A stretch of DNA of 64,000 bases from Planctomycetota bacterium (lineage in GTDB: Bacteria > Planctomycetota > UBA8108 > SXIK01): contig OZ244999.1 in the NCBI GenBank assembly GCA_965223265.1, positions 1,664,001-1,728,000 on the forward strand, written 5' to 3'. A program made the translations under genes and the position numbers. The notes beneath the pieces were generated by a model. That model had not been told where the DNA came from. It worked only from the letters and a program-made list of their open reading frames with translations, and did not search any database. Shown in pieces: positions 46,474 to 56,445 of this stretch; position 1 is the first letter of the stretch; the number at the start of each line of letters is the position of its first letter.

Positions 46474-46654
46474 TTTCCCGTTCCCATATCTTTCGAATGA
46501 TCCGTCAGGATACGAAAGATTGAACCGCGGTGCCACGCAGGAGTCTTCGCGAAGCAAGGGAGGCGACAGTCGCCTCTACCCACGCTCTCTTGGCGCGTCA
46601 ATTGGCAACGGATCTGTTACAATCTCGGGCAAACGACAGAATGGAGAACAAACG

Positions 46655-47608
46655 ATGCGTCGACGCAGCATGATACGGATCGTGCGGGATGTTTTTTTCG
46701 GGGTCGCACTCGCTGCGGTACCCGCAATTGCGGCCGAGCCACCGATTCCCGACACTGTCGCTCCTGGCGCCGAGCTCGTCGAGCTTTACGGGGACGACCG
46801 TTTCTTCGAAGGGCCGACATGGGATCCTGCAGGGAAGAAACTCTACTTCACGGCGTTCGGCGAGACGCAGCAGATTCTCCGACTCGAGTCGCCAGGACGC
46901 GTCACCGTTTGGATGGATCAGACGAAGGGCGTGAACGGGACGTTCCTGTCGATCGAAGGGCGACTCCTTGGTGCACAGGCATACGGCCAGAGCGTCGTCG
47001 ATTATGGGTTCAACGAAGATGGCAGCTGCGACGCCAAGACACTTCTCTATTACAGCCCTCTCAATCAACCGAACGACGTTTGCCAGACGCGCAGCGGGGA
47101 TGTTTTTTACACGGATCCTGGCTCGAAGATTCCGCCGGGTGCCTATCGATTGACCACGAAGGGAGAGATCGTAAAGTTCGCGGAAGACATGAAGACTCCC
47201 AACGGCATCATCGCGTCGAACGATGGAAAGATGGTCTATGTCGGCGACAGCTCGCTGAAGAACTGGCGTGCATACACCGTGCTCGAGGACGGAAAGATCG
47301 GAGCAGGAACTCTCTTTTTCGAGCCGGACCCGAAATACAAGAGCGACGCCGATGGCTCACCCGACGGCATGACGATCGACGCGCGCGGCAACCTTTACCT
47401 CTCTGGCGGCAGTCGCGTCTGGGTGGTAGCGCCGTCCTCCGCCCCGAGCGGCCTGGGTAAGCTAATCGGTGTGATTTCGACGCCGACGTTTTGCTCCAAC
47501 ATCACCTTCGGCGGCGATGACGGCAAGACACTGTTTCTGACCTGCAGCAAGAAGGTGTTCAGCTTGCGGATGAGCGTCACCGGTGGCCGCGGCGCCGCAG
47601 GGCGGTGA
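46655..47608 (+). CDS. SMP-30/gluconolactonase family protein, exported
   Basis: GGAG ribosome-binding site; FEGPTW, NQPND, YTDP, PNGI, PDGMTIDARGNLY, SNITFGG. Confidence 0.92.
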   Translation: MRRRSMIRIVRDVFFGVALAAVPAIAAEPPIPDTVAPGAELVELYGDDRFFEGPTWDPAGKKLYFTAFGETQQILRLESPGRVTVWMDQTKGVNGTFLSIEGRLLGAQAYGQSVVDYGFNEDGSCDAKTLLYYSPLNQPNDVCQTRSGDVFYTDPGSKIPPGAYRLTTKGEIVKFAEDMKTPNGIIASNDGKMVYVGDSSLKNWRAYTVLEDGKIGAGTLFFEPDPKYKSDADGSPDGMTIDARGNLYLSGGSRVWVVAPSSAPSGLGKLIGVISTPTFCSNITFGGDDGKTLFLTCSKKVFSLRMSVTGGRGAAGR

Positions 47609-47691
47609 GTTGACGCCGCGCGGCGCCCGACTTCTTTCAAGGTGAGTGGCGGGCGCCAGCCAACTCGTGGCTTTGGCCAAAGGAGCAACCC

Positions 47692-48624
47692 ATGGCAGCA
47701 AGGCGACTCGATCGGCGGCAATTCTGTTCCTCGACGCTCTCAACGGCCGCCTTGGCATTCGTCGCGCCGCGATTGTCGGCGGAGACGCGATTTCGTCTTC
47801 GCTACATGGTCGCATCGTGCATGTACGGCGGGCTTAACCTCGAAGTGATCTTGCCTGAGGTGCGCAAGACTGGCGCGACCCACATCGACATTTGGTCGTC
47901 GCACGGCAAGCCCCGATCACAGCGCGACCTCATGGAGGATCTTGGGCACGAGAAATTCACGGCGCTGCTCGAAAGACACAACGTCAAGCTAGGCTGCCTG
48001 ACCCATTACCGACTCGGGCCATTTGGCCTTCAAGACGAGATGCGTGTCGCCAAAAAGTTCGGTGGCACGGTCTTGGTGTCAGGAAGCGGGGGACCAAGGA
48101 ATCTGCAAGGCACCGACCTCAAGGACGCGGTGCGTGCGTTCGCCGAGAAGATGAAGCCGCACGTAGAGGTCGCAGAGGAGAACGACTGCACCATCGCCAT
48201 TGAGAACCACAGCGGCGCGCTGATCAAGTCGCCCGATTCGATCCGTTGGCTCATCGATGCTGTGCCCTCAAAACACTTGGGCATCGCGCTGGCGCCGTAC
48301 CACCTGCCGCAGGAGCCTGAGCTCCTCTCCGGGCTCGTCGGCGATCTCGGCGATCGCTTGGCGGTTTTCTACGCCTGGCAGCACGGCATGGGCTGCACGA
48401 AGAAACTGCCGAAAGAGCAGGAGCTACTTCAGATGCCCGGTCGCGGCGACCTGGACTTCACGGCAATCGTGACGGCGTTGAAAAAGATCAACTACCGCGG
48501 CTGGACCGTGATCTTCATGCATCCGGTGCCGCGCGGTATCCCGATCTTGGAGACGGCTGGAATGGTCACCGAGGAGATCAATCGTGCGCGAAGGTATTTG
48601 GATGCGCTCGTGAGTGCTGGCTGA
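47692..48624 (+). CDS. Tat-exported sugar phosphate isomerase/epimerase-like TIM barrel
   Basis: DRRQF; IAIENH; PGRGDLDF; YRGW. Confidence 0.85.
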   Translation: MAARRLDRRQFCSSTLSTAALAFVAPRLSAETRFRLRYMVASCMYGGLNLEVILPEVRKTGATHIDIWSSHGKPRSQRDLMEDLGHEKFTALLERHNVKLGCLTHYRLGPFGLQDEMRVAKKFGGTVLVSGSGGPRNLQGTDLKDAVRAFAEKMKPHVEVAEENDCTIAIENHSGALIKSPDSIRWLIDAVPSKHLGIALAPYHLPQEPELLSGLVGDLGDRLAVFYAWQHGMGCTKKLPKEQELLQMPGRGDLDFTAIVTALKKINYRGWTVIFMHPVPRGIPILETAGMVTEEINRARRYLDALVSAG

Positions 48625-48823
48625 GGTCTCGCGAGCGTCTATCTCACGAACCTTGCGTGCCTGGCGTGAATCGCTTTTCTTGGCGCCAGGAGCGCGCAAG
48701 CTCGCAACGAACGCGAGACGTCCTCGAGCGCCTGCCGCTTCTCTGTCTGATCTTCGTTTGCTTCTTCAAGAGATCAGAAGAAGAGTCGAACAAAAGGAAA
48801 CCAAGTCAACGAAGGAAGACCGC

Positions 48824-49092
48824 CCAAAGGAGCAGAAAACGCCGTGTATCGTCCGGCCGTGGACTGTGACTGTGACCGTGACTGTGACTATGACTATGAC
48901 TATGACTATGACTTGCGACGTCACGTTCTAGAACTTCACAGCCTCTCCCGTGTGCCGTTCCGAAGGTTACCGACCGTGACCGTGGGCCGTGACCGTGACC
49001 GTGACCGTGACCGTGACCGTGACCGTGACCGTGACCGTGAGTTGCGGCGTCACGTTGAAGAATTCACAGCCTCGGCGTGTGCCTGCGACTTT
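48824..49092. repeat. Composite repeat island: degenerate REP, (GACTGT/GACTAT)8, end motif, half REP, (GACCGT)n, end motif, inverted half REP
   Basis: Degenerate REP 48824-48860; hexamers 48862-48909 and 48991-49038; end motifs 48910-48945 and 49039-49073; REP right arm TCCCGTGTGCCGTTCCG 48946-48962; inverted REP left arm GGCGTGTGCCTGCGACTTT 49074-49092. Confidence 0.85.
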
Positions 49093-49253
49093 AGGAAACC
49101 CCACGCCCACCGCCCCTCGGACACACCGCCGCCCCCCTTTCCTCCGCCGTCGCTTGTCGACGGCCTCAGCTTCGCATATGTTGGTGCGATCACACGTGTC
49201 TCGTGTCGCGACGAACCCACCGACGATTTTTCGAACACCCCGGGAGCGCATCC

Positions 49254-50030
49254 ATGGGTCTGGCCAAGACCACTCGCCTCAACCGCATCTTTTCGCATCC
49301 CGACGGCCGCCTGCTCTCGCTGGCTGTCGACCATTTCGCCGGACTCACGATGCCTGAGGGGCTGCGCAACGTTCCCGAGACCATTGCGCTGGTCATGCAG
49401 GCAACACCCGACGCAGTGACCATGGTGAAGGGCATGGCAAAGAGTGCTTGGGAACCCTACGCCGGACGTGTGCCTTTGATCCTTCAGACGATCATCTTCC
49501 CGCGCGATGACTCGCCGCTACTGCGCACGACACACTGTGAAGAGGCTCTTCTCCTGGGAGCTGACGCCGTCGCCGTGTCGCTGGCGGTGCGAGGTGAACA
49601 TGAGTCGCAGCACCTTCAAGTCCTTGCCGAGACGGTCTCCGAGGCCAGTCGTTACGATTTGCCGGTGATCGCTCATATCTATCCGCACGATTTTTCGTAT
49701 GCCGACAAGCCTGCGGTTCTCACCGATCATGAGAGCATTCTCTGGGCGGTGCGCTGCGGTGTTGAGTTTGGCGCCGACGTGATCAAAGTGCCGTTTACGG
49801 GAGACGTCGACGGTTTTCGGGAGATCGCGGCGACGAGTCCGGTTCCTGTCGTCTGCGCCGGTGGCCCTAAGACTGAGACCTTCGGCGAGGCGCTGCAGAT
49901 GATGCGCGACATTGTCGCATCCGGCGCCCTTGGTTCTGTGGCCGGACGGAACATCTGGGGATGCGAGGATCCTTTGGAGGCGTTCCGAGCCTGCCAGGAG
50001 GTCGTGCATCCAGAGGGCGCAGGATCGTAA
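49254..50030 (+). CDS. Class I aldolase, DhnA/LsrF family
   Basis: SLAVDH, EEALLLGADAV, Schiff-base lysine in GADVIKVPFTGD, VVCAGGPK, GRNIW. Confidence 0.9.
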   Translation: MGLAKTTRLNRIFSHPDGRLLSLAVDHFAGLTMPEGLRNVPETIALVMQATPDAVTMVKGMAKSAWEPYAGRVPLILQTIIFPRDDSPLLRTTHCEEALLLGADAVAVSLAVRGEHESQHLQVLAETVSEASRYDLPVIAHIYPHDFSYADKPAVLTDHESILWAVRCGVEFGADVIKVPFTGDVDGFREIAATSPVPVVCAGGPKTETFGEALQMMRDIVASGALGSVAGRNIWGCEDPLEAFRACQEVVHPEGAGS

Positions 50031-50036
50031 CTCGAG

Positions 50037-51089
50037 GTGAAACCCATGTTGATATTGCCTCTTCGCAAGACCGACACGCGCCGACCGGGACAGCGATCAA
50101 GTCAACTCTGGCTGGCGCTACTCGTTGTATCGAGCGTCACCCCAGTGTTGGGCCAACAGTCTGCACCCAAAGCACCGAAACGGAAGTCGGCGCTGAAACC
50201 GACGCATGAAAACGTGCGATACGGCCCGCACCAGCGCAACGTTCTCGATCTCTACCTCGCGGATTCGTCCGAACCGACACCACTTGTTCTCTACATTCAC
50301 GGCGGAGGTTTTCGTGGCGGCGACAAGACAAGGTTGAATCACCGTTCTGCTGCGTCCTATCTGAAATCGGGAATCTCTGTCGCTGCGCTCAACTATCGCC
50401 TCACCGACACCGCGCCCATGCCCGCCGCGTATCTCGACTGCGCGCGGGCGCTGCAGTTTCTCCGATTCCACGCCAAGAAGTGGAACCTCGATCCGCGCTT
50501 GGTAGCCTCTACAGGCGGCTCGGCTGGTGCCGGGATCTCGCTTTGGATCGCCTTTCACGATGACCTCGCCGACCCGAACAGTGACGACCCGGTAGCGAGA
50601 GAATCGACGCGACTCGTTTGTGTCGCCACCAAGAACGGTCAGTCATCCTACGACCCACGTTTCGCGGCAGCGATCGGTTTGCCGCGCCCGAATTTTGAGC
50701 GCCACAAATTCTTTCTGGCGTTCTACGGCATCGAGGCGGACGAAATCGATTCGCCGAAGGGATATCAGCTCTACGACGAGGCCGCGCCGGTGACGTATCT
50801 GTCGAAGGATGATCCGCCGGTGTTGATGCAGTACACGTATCCCGACGCGAAGGTCGACTCGACGAGCCGCTTGAGTCTTGTCGTCCATCATCCGAGATTC
50901 GGAATCGCGCTCAAAGAGAGGATGGACACACTCGGTATCGAATGCATCGTCGAGTACCCATTAACCGATGGTGCCCCGGTGGCACGCCACGGAGATCGCG
51001 CTCCCACCGTGCCGGCCGTGCGGTTCATCCGGCGTCACCTTGAAGCCGCGAAGGCCGAACTATCCGCGCGGGCGAGGAAATCCAAGTAG
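50037..51089 (+). CDS. Exported alpha/beta hydrolase (esterase, HSL-like)
   Basis: IHGGGF, NYRL, nucleophile GGSAG, DDPP, VHHP. Confidence 0.9.
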   Translation: MKPMLILPLRKTDTRRPGQRSSQLWLALLVVSSVTPVLGQQSAPKAPKRKSALKPTHENVRYGPHQRNVLDLYLADSSEPTPLVLYIHGGGFRGGDKTRLNHRSAASYLKSGISVAALNYRLTDTAPMPAAYLDCARALQFLRFHAKKWNLDPRLVASTGGSAGAGISLWIAFHDDLADPNSDDPVARESTRLVCVATKNGQSSYDPRFAAAIGLPRPNFERHKFFLAFYGIEADEIDSPKGYQLYDEAAPVTYLSKDDPPVLMQYTYPDAKVDSTSRLSLVVHHPRFGIALKERMDTLGIECIVEYPLTDGAPVARHGDRAPTVPAVRFIRRHLEAAKAELSARARKSK

Positions 51090-51293
51090 TCGCATCCGGC
51101 GAACAGGAGCATCACGGCGCTGGCCAGCTGCAGGAAGTGTTCGGGGCTTGGTTCGAGCCGTTTTGCGCACACTCGAAGGGCCTCGCAGCGTTCGCTGGTT
51201 GTGTGTTCGTCACCCCAACGGCTATTCTCTTGGGAGTCGTAGTCGACGTGATGCTCGCCACCAGCCCCTTCCCGGTCAAAAATAGCCGCCGCT

Positions 51294-52514
51294 GTGAACT
51301 CCTTGCGCCACCTCAACCTGCTTTTCGTCGCTCCTTATCCTCCACGCTACGGCGGCTCCGCACCGTCATTGCAGCAGCTCACCGTTGCTCTCCAGTCGCG
51401 AGGCCACACAGTGCGCGTCTTGGCTCCGATCACGCCCGAGAAAGAGCGCGAAGGGTTCGACACGACGTTCGTTCCGACACTCGCCGGCGTCCGCCTGACT
51501 CGATATGTCGTTCCCTATTTTCTTTATGTGTACGCTGACATTCCGTTTGACGAAGACTATCGGCGGTTGGAACGGGCTGCGATTCATGACGCGCTGCCGC
51601 GCCTGATCGAAGGGGAGCACCCCGACTTGATCGTAGCCGGGCAGGAGCCACTGACTTGGTTGGTCCCCGAAATCGCCGCCCACTTCGACATACCCTGCGC
51701 AGCTTTGCTTCGCGGCGATCCGACGTGGAGAATCGCCACAGGCTCATTTCCGCAGGAGGAGGCTCGACCGTGGCTCGATGCCTACGCGAGTGCGCAAACA
51801 TGCATCGCGGTCGCCCAGTACTTCGAGGACGGCCTGCGACACCTGGGGCTCGACAACGTGTGCACGATTTCGAACCACGTCGACCTCAAGCGTTTCTCGC
51901 CGGCGCCGCGGCCGAGCGACCTGGTACGAGAGTTGGGAGTCAGCGACGACGACGTCGTCGTGCTCCACGCGTCGAAGATTGAACCTCGGAAGCGTCCGTT
52001 GGACATCATCACCTCCGCAACCCTTGCCCTAAAAAAGTGCCCACAGCTCCTCTACGTGATTGTTGGTGAGGGCCCCATGCGCGAGACTATGGAAGAGGCC
52101 TGCCGAGAGTCCGGGTTGGCACATCGTTTCCGCTTCGTTGGTTGGTCGCCTTACGCGCGCATGCCGGCCTGGTTCAACCTGGCTGACGTCGTGGTCCAAC
52201 CGTCCGAGGGAGAAGGAATCGCGCGGGTCTATCTGGAGGCGATGGCGTGCGGCAAGCCGGTCGTCGCCAGCGACATCCCGGCCGCGCGCGAAGTGATTGA
52301 ACATGATCGGACTGGACTTCTCTTCCGCGTCGGAGACACCCCTGAGTTGACAGCCAACCTCCTTGCTGCAGCGCAAGACAGCGAACGACGGCGGCGCTTG
52401 GGGACTGCCGCTCAGAAGTACGTGCAACGTCATTCGCTAGAGTTCGTTGCGGCGGAATACGAGGAAGCATTTCATCAGTCCATCCGCGGTTACCTTCAGC
52501 AAGCACCGCGTTAA
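51294..52514 (+). CDS. Glycosyltransferase family 4
   Basis: YPPRYGG, NHVDLKRF, KIEPRKR, VGEGP, EGIARVYLEAMACGKPVVASD. Confidence 0.93.
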   Translation: MNSLRHLNLLFVAPYPPRYGGSAPSLQQLTVALQSRGHTVRVLAPITPEKEREGFDTTFVPTLAGVRLTRYVVPYFLYVYADIPFDEDYRRLERAAIHDALPRLIEGEHPDLIVAGQEPLTWLVPEIAAHFDIPCAALLRGDPTWRIATGSFPQEEARPWLDAYASAQTCIAVAQYFEDGLRHLGLDNVCTISNHVDLKRFSPAPRPSDLVRELGVSDDDVVVLHASKIEPRKRPLDIITSATLALKKCPQLLYVIVGEGPMRETMEEACRESGLAHRFRFVGWSPYARMPAWFNLADVVVQPSEGEGIARVYLEAMACGKPVVASDIPAAREVIEHDRTGLLFRVGDTPELTANLLAAAQDSERRRRLGTAAQKYVQRHSLEFVAAEYEEAFHQSIRGYLQQAPR

Positions 52515-52534
52515 AGGCGGATCGAAGCAGTGTC

Positions 52535-53389
52535 ATGATGACCTTTGCGACTTTTCACTCAGACTTGTCTGCCGGAACTCTGGCGAAGGTCCGTCGACAC
52601 GAGGCAGAGAACGGGACCGCCAGTTTCGACTGGGGGGGCGCCGATTGTGGGCGGACCGCTCGCGCCATGATCGAGATGATGTTCGCCACGGTTTCGCTGA
52701 CGCACCCGGGTTGCCGGAAGATCATCGTCACCGACGAGCGGGCGTCCTTCGAGGCGGCTGAAGGAGTCGAGGTCTTTCGCTGCGCTCTCGGTGACGATCC
52801 AGTTCCGTCTCTGAGTCGGTCGATCGCTTGGGTCGAGTTTCTGCGGCAGGCGGCACCCGACTCGCATGTGATCTTTCTCGACTATGACATGCTCGTGCTG
52901 CAGAGCCTGGAGCCCGTTTTCGTGCAACTGTTCGACGTCGGGCTGACCTATCGAGGCGATCACGAGCGCTGGCCGATCAATGCCGGAATCCAGTTCATCC
53001 ACGCGGCGCGGCTCAAGCAAGCGCGATATTTGTACGAAAAGGCCTTGGCGATTTTCCAGGAGCGCTACCTCGACTGGGGCGTCTGGTGCGGCGACCAGTG
53101 GGCGTTCCGCGAGATGATCCAGGCCGAATACCGGCAGAAGGGTCCGTTTCTTCATCGAGAAGGTGGCCGGGAGGTCCTTCTGCTGCCGTGCGATCCTTAC
53201 AACTATTCGCCGGTCGAGGCGTGGGAGCAGGGTGATGACCCACTTGCCGACAAAAAGGTGCTTCACTTTAAGGGCCCGTTCAAGGCGGCGATGTACGACT
53301 ACTGGATGCAGCACCTAGCCTCTCTCTGCCCTGCCGTCGACGTGTCGGCGTTCCGGGGCTGGCTTCCCGAGTCTGCCGGCGACGCTTGA
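52535..53389 (+). CDS. Putative GT-A fold nucleotide-diphospho-sugar transferase
   Basis: IFLDYDML (DxD), INAGIQF, GDQ, LLPCDPYNY, VLHFKG. Confidence 0.75.
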   Translation: MMTFATFHSDLSAGTLAKVRRHEAENGTASFDWGGADCGRTARAMIEMMFATVSLTHPGCRKIIVTDERASFEAAEGVEVFRCALGDDPVPSLSRSIAWVEFLRQAAPDSHVIFLDYDMLVLQSLEPVFVQLFDVGLTYRGDHERWPINAGIQFIHAARLKQARYLYEKALAIFQERYLDWGVWCGDQWAFREMIQAEYRQKGPFLHREGGREVLLLPCDPYNYSPVEAWEQGDDPLADKKVLHFKGPFKAAMYDYWMQHLASLCPAVDVSAFRGWLPESAGDA

Positions 53390-53544
53390 AGAGAGTGACG
53401 ATGCTGGGTGAAAAGTTCGTGTAGGCAGTGGGGCAGCTGATCGCGTACGAAGGCGGAGTCGGACTAACGATCGTGGTTTTCGGTGCGTCTGTTCGTCGCT
53501 GCGGGGTAGGTTATACTTCCGCCCTGAAACTGGAGTCTGACCCG

Positions 53545-56328
53545 ATGACCCTCGTTCGCGTTGCGCTCTACGTGATCGTCGCGACCATGCCGGACGGCGT
53601 CCCTCCCGGGTCGACGCCATCCGATGCGGAGCGAGCTCCGGGGACCTACGACCGCGCCGAACGGGCGCGGCAGCGAGGTGACGAGGAGGAGGCGTTGAAG
53701 CTCTTTCGGATCGCGCTGACGGAGTCGCCTGACGATGTTCAAGTGCATGAAGGCTTTCAATCGCTTCTCAAGAGCCGAGGAGAGGACGATCAACTGGTTT
53801 CGGCGTACACGCACCTTTTGGACGAGCGAGGTGAGGCCTGGTGCTACTACCTCTTGGGGCGTGTGTTGCACGATCCGAAGCGCGAGGAGGAGCTCTATCG
53901 TGCTGGGCTCCGGTTGAACGCAGACGACGTGCGGCTGCGGTGCGCCCTGGCTTCCGCTCTGCGGCGACAGGAGCGCTATGACGAAGCACTCCAAGAGTAC
54001 TCCCATGTACTCGCTCAGCCGGAGGGAGATTCTTACAAGAATCACGGAGCGTACATGCGTCTTTGTCGGCGCGTGGGGAAAGCGCAGGAGCTTCCCGCCG
54101 AGTATGAAAAGCGAGTTCAGAAGACAGCACAGGACGTTGACGCCCACTTGCTCTATGCGGAGGCACTTCAAATCGCCGGGCGACGCGCTGAAAGCGATAC
54201 CGCATTACAACGTGCCGAAGAGCTTGGGCCCGACGATCGTCGGGTACTCTTTGCGCGTGGGGTTTTCCACAACGACGCTTTCGATCGCGATGCGGCGCTC
54301 GAATTCGTTGACAGAGCGCGAAAGGTCGCCCCCTACCATGCGTCGACCTTAGCTGCTTACGGGGGGCTATTGCTCTTCCACCGCAAGGATCGTTCCGGAC
54401 ATAACGCCTTGCTCGATGCGGTTCGGTTAGATCCGTTCAGCGCCCGGAACCTGGCGAGACTTGGCGGCGCCTACGCATCCCTTGGTGACTTCGAGCGTGC
54501 TGAGCGATGCTTCGTCGAAGCGGTTCGTTTCGACCCTGTCGATGACGTCGTCGTCTTTAGCTTCGGCGAGCTTGCCCTCGCGCGCCAAGACCGAGTGCGC
54601 GCGATAGAGTTCTTCGAGAGAGCGATCGAGCTCAACAAGCACAAGCCGATGTACTATCGCCAACTCGCGTCGCTCTATGCCCGTCAAAGAGAGCCCGAGC
54701 TTGCGAAGAAGACTCTCGAGCAGATGCCGTCCGCTACGTCTGACGGCGATCTCGCTCGCGATCCCGCCACTGGTCAGCGAATCGTTCTTCTGGAAGCTCT
54801 CGCCACCGTGGACGTCGCAGTCTCGTTGACTCACGCCGGGCGGCTGAAGGAGGCTCAAGTTGCGTTCGCCTCCGCGCTCGCGAAGGATCCCGATTGTTAC
54901 AAAGCGTATCAAGGAGCCACGAAGCTCCACCGCCGCTTGGGTGAACCTGAGCGCGCGCTCGCGCTCTACCACGAGCTTCGCGCGCTGTGCGAACGAAACG
55001 AGCGGCGTCGATCGCGTGTGCCGCGATTCATGCTGCGAACGGCGGAATGCCTCTACGACCTTGGTCGAGTCGAAGACGCGGTCGAGACGTACCGCACGGT
55101 CTGGCGCTCTCATCGTGACGAGGTCTCAACGTCTGAGTTTTTGCCCGCGATTGTGGCAGCGATCGACAGTTCCGATGCACAGGCAGAGAGTGTCCGCCTT
55201 TCGGATGTCCGCATTCCAGCCGCGTACGGCGAAGATGAGTGCCTGCCTGTCTCCCTTCATGCTGTGTTTCGGCATTGGGAGTTGTCTGTCGCGTACGACG
55301 ATGTCCGACGGGAGTATCAAAGCCTTTCCGCGCAGGTCGCGGTCGAACGTTTGACGCAACGTGACGACGTCGAAGTTAGCTGTTTCGTGGTCACAACTGC
55401 TGCAATCAAAAACCTCTTGCGCCGTGGTTATCCGGTCGTTCTGCTTTCGCGTTCGTTTAGTCGCAACCAGTTTGGCGCACACGCGTCAGTGATCACGGGC
55501 TTCGACGACCGATTCGGCTTGTTATTCCTCGAGGACGGCAACTGGTTCGACGGCGTCGACCGGGTGCCGTACGCCAAAGCGGAAGGCTGCCGTGCTCTTC
55601 TGGTGGCTCCACCTGAGAAGTTCCGCGTAGGGGAGCAAGAACTTCCGGGTCAGGACTACTGCCGCGCGATCAATCGTGGCGAGAAACTGTTGATGGACGG
55701 CGAGCATGCGCTCGCAGCGCGAGAGCTGCGGCGAGCAATTCAACTCTATGATGCGCATTACTTGCCACACTATTTTCTTGGCTTGTCCTACGCTGCAATG
55801 GGCACCGAGGGGGAGGCGATCGAAGTACTGCAGCGTTGTGCGAAACGACCGAGCGCGGAGGCAGAGGTCTTCGCTGCTTTGGGGCAGCTCTGTGCACAGC
55901 GAGGAAAGGCGGACGAGGCCCTGTCCGCGCTCCAACGGGCGGTGGCCATGGAGCCTCGATACTGGATCGCACGCCGTGGCCTTGCCACGGTTTGTCGGGA
56001 TCAGAACGACGTCGCAGCGGCAATCGAGCACGCGGAGGAGCTTCTCAGGATGAAGCCCAAGGAAGCGGAGTTTTGGATCCTGCTGGGCGATCTTTGCAGG
56101 GGGAGCGACCGTACGAAGGCGATCTATAGCTTTCAAATGGCGGCGAAGCTCGATGGGCCGGCGATTTGCTACTACCGCCTCGGCATGCTCTATGACGAAG
56201 GGGGAGAGTCGGAACGTGCGATCGATGCGATGAAGGAGTTCGTCGCACGCGCTGAGACGCCGGGGGCGAAGCGGGCCGGTGAACGAATGCTCCAAGAGTT
56301 TCTCAAGGCGCAGAATCGATCGCCGTGA
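53545..56328 (+). CDS. TPR-repeat protein with a central C39-like peptidase domain
   Basis: Many TPR-like repeats flank DECLPVSL...GYPVVL...GAHASVITGFDD...LEDGN (putative Cys/His/Asp). Start at 53545 or 53428. Confidence 0.8.
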   Translation: MTLVRVALYVIVATMPDGVPPGSTPSDAERAPGTYDRAERARQRGDEEEALKLFRIALTESPDDVQVHEGFQSLLKSRGEDDQLVSAYTHLLDERGEAWCYYLLGRVLHDPKREEELYRAGLRLNADDVRLRCALASALRRQERYDEALQEYSHVLAQPEGDSYKNHGAYMRLCRRVGKAQELPAEYEKRVQKTAQDVDAHLLYAEALQIAGRRAESDTALQRAEELGPDDRRVLFARGVFHNDAFDRDAALEFVDRARKVAPYHASTLAAYGGLLLFHRKDRSGHNALLDAVRLDPFSARNLARLGGAYASLGDFERAERCFVEAVRFDPVDDVVVFSFGELALARQDRVRAIEFFERAIELNKHKPMYYRQLASLYARQREPELAKKTLEQMPSATSDGDLARDPATGQRIVLLEALATVDVAVSLTHAGRLKEAQVAFASALAKDPDCYKAYQGATKLHRRLGEPERALALYHELRALCERNERRRSRVPRFMLRTAECLYDLGRVEDAVETYRTVWRSHRDEVSTSEFLPAIVAAIDSSDAQAESVRLSDVRIPAAYGEDECLPVSLHAVFRHWELSVAYDDVRREYQSLSAQVAVERLTQRDDVEVSCFVVTTAAIKNLLRRGYPVVLLSRSFSRNQFGAHASVITGFDDRFGLLFLEDGNWFDGVDRVPYAKAEGCRALLVAPPEKFRVGEQELPGQDYCRAINRGEKLLMDGEHALAARELRRAIQLYDAHYLPHYFLGLSYAAMGTEGEAIEVLQRCAKRPSAEAEVFAALGQLCAQRGKADEALSALQRAVAMEPRYWIARRGLATVCRDQNDVAAAIEHAEELLRMKPKEAEFWILLGDLCRGSDRTKAIYSFQMAAKLDGPAICYYRLGMLYDEGGESERAIDAMKEFVARAETPGAKRAGERMLQEFLKAQNRSP

Positions 56329-56445
56329 CGATGGGGTCGGAGGCAGAGACAGAGGATCGGCACACCCATGCACGAAACAGCCGCTCAACGAGCGCGGTGA
56401 AGTCGTCGCATGAATCGCTTTCTTTTCACGAGCGCGGAAGCGCAG

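Noticed and set aside
46590-46606. Sigma54-like site TTGGCGCGTCAATTGGC
   Set aside because: It lacks the conserved -12 TTGC at the required spacing.
48844-49419. ORFs with DCDYDY/RDRDRD/VTVTVT runs
   Set aside because: They are hexamer microsatellite translations with no protein-like context.
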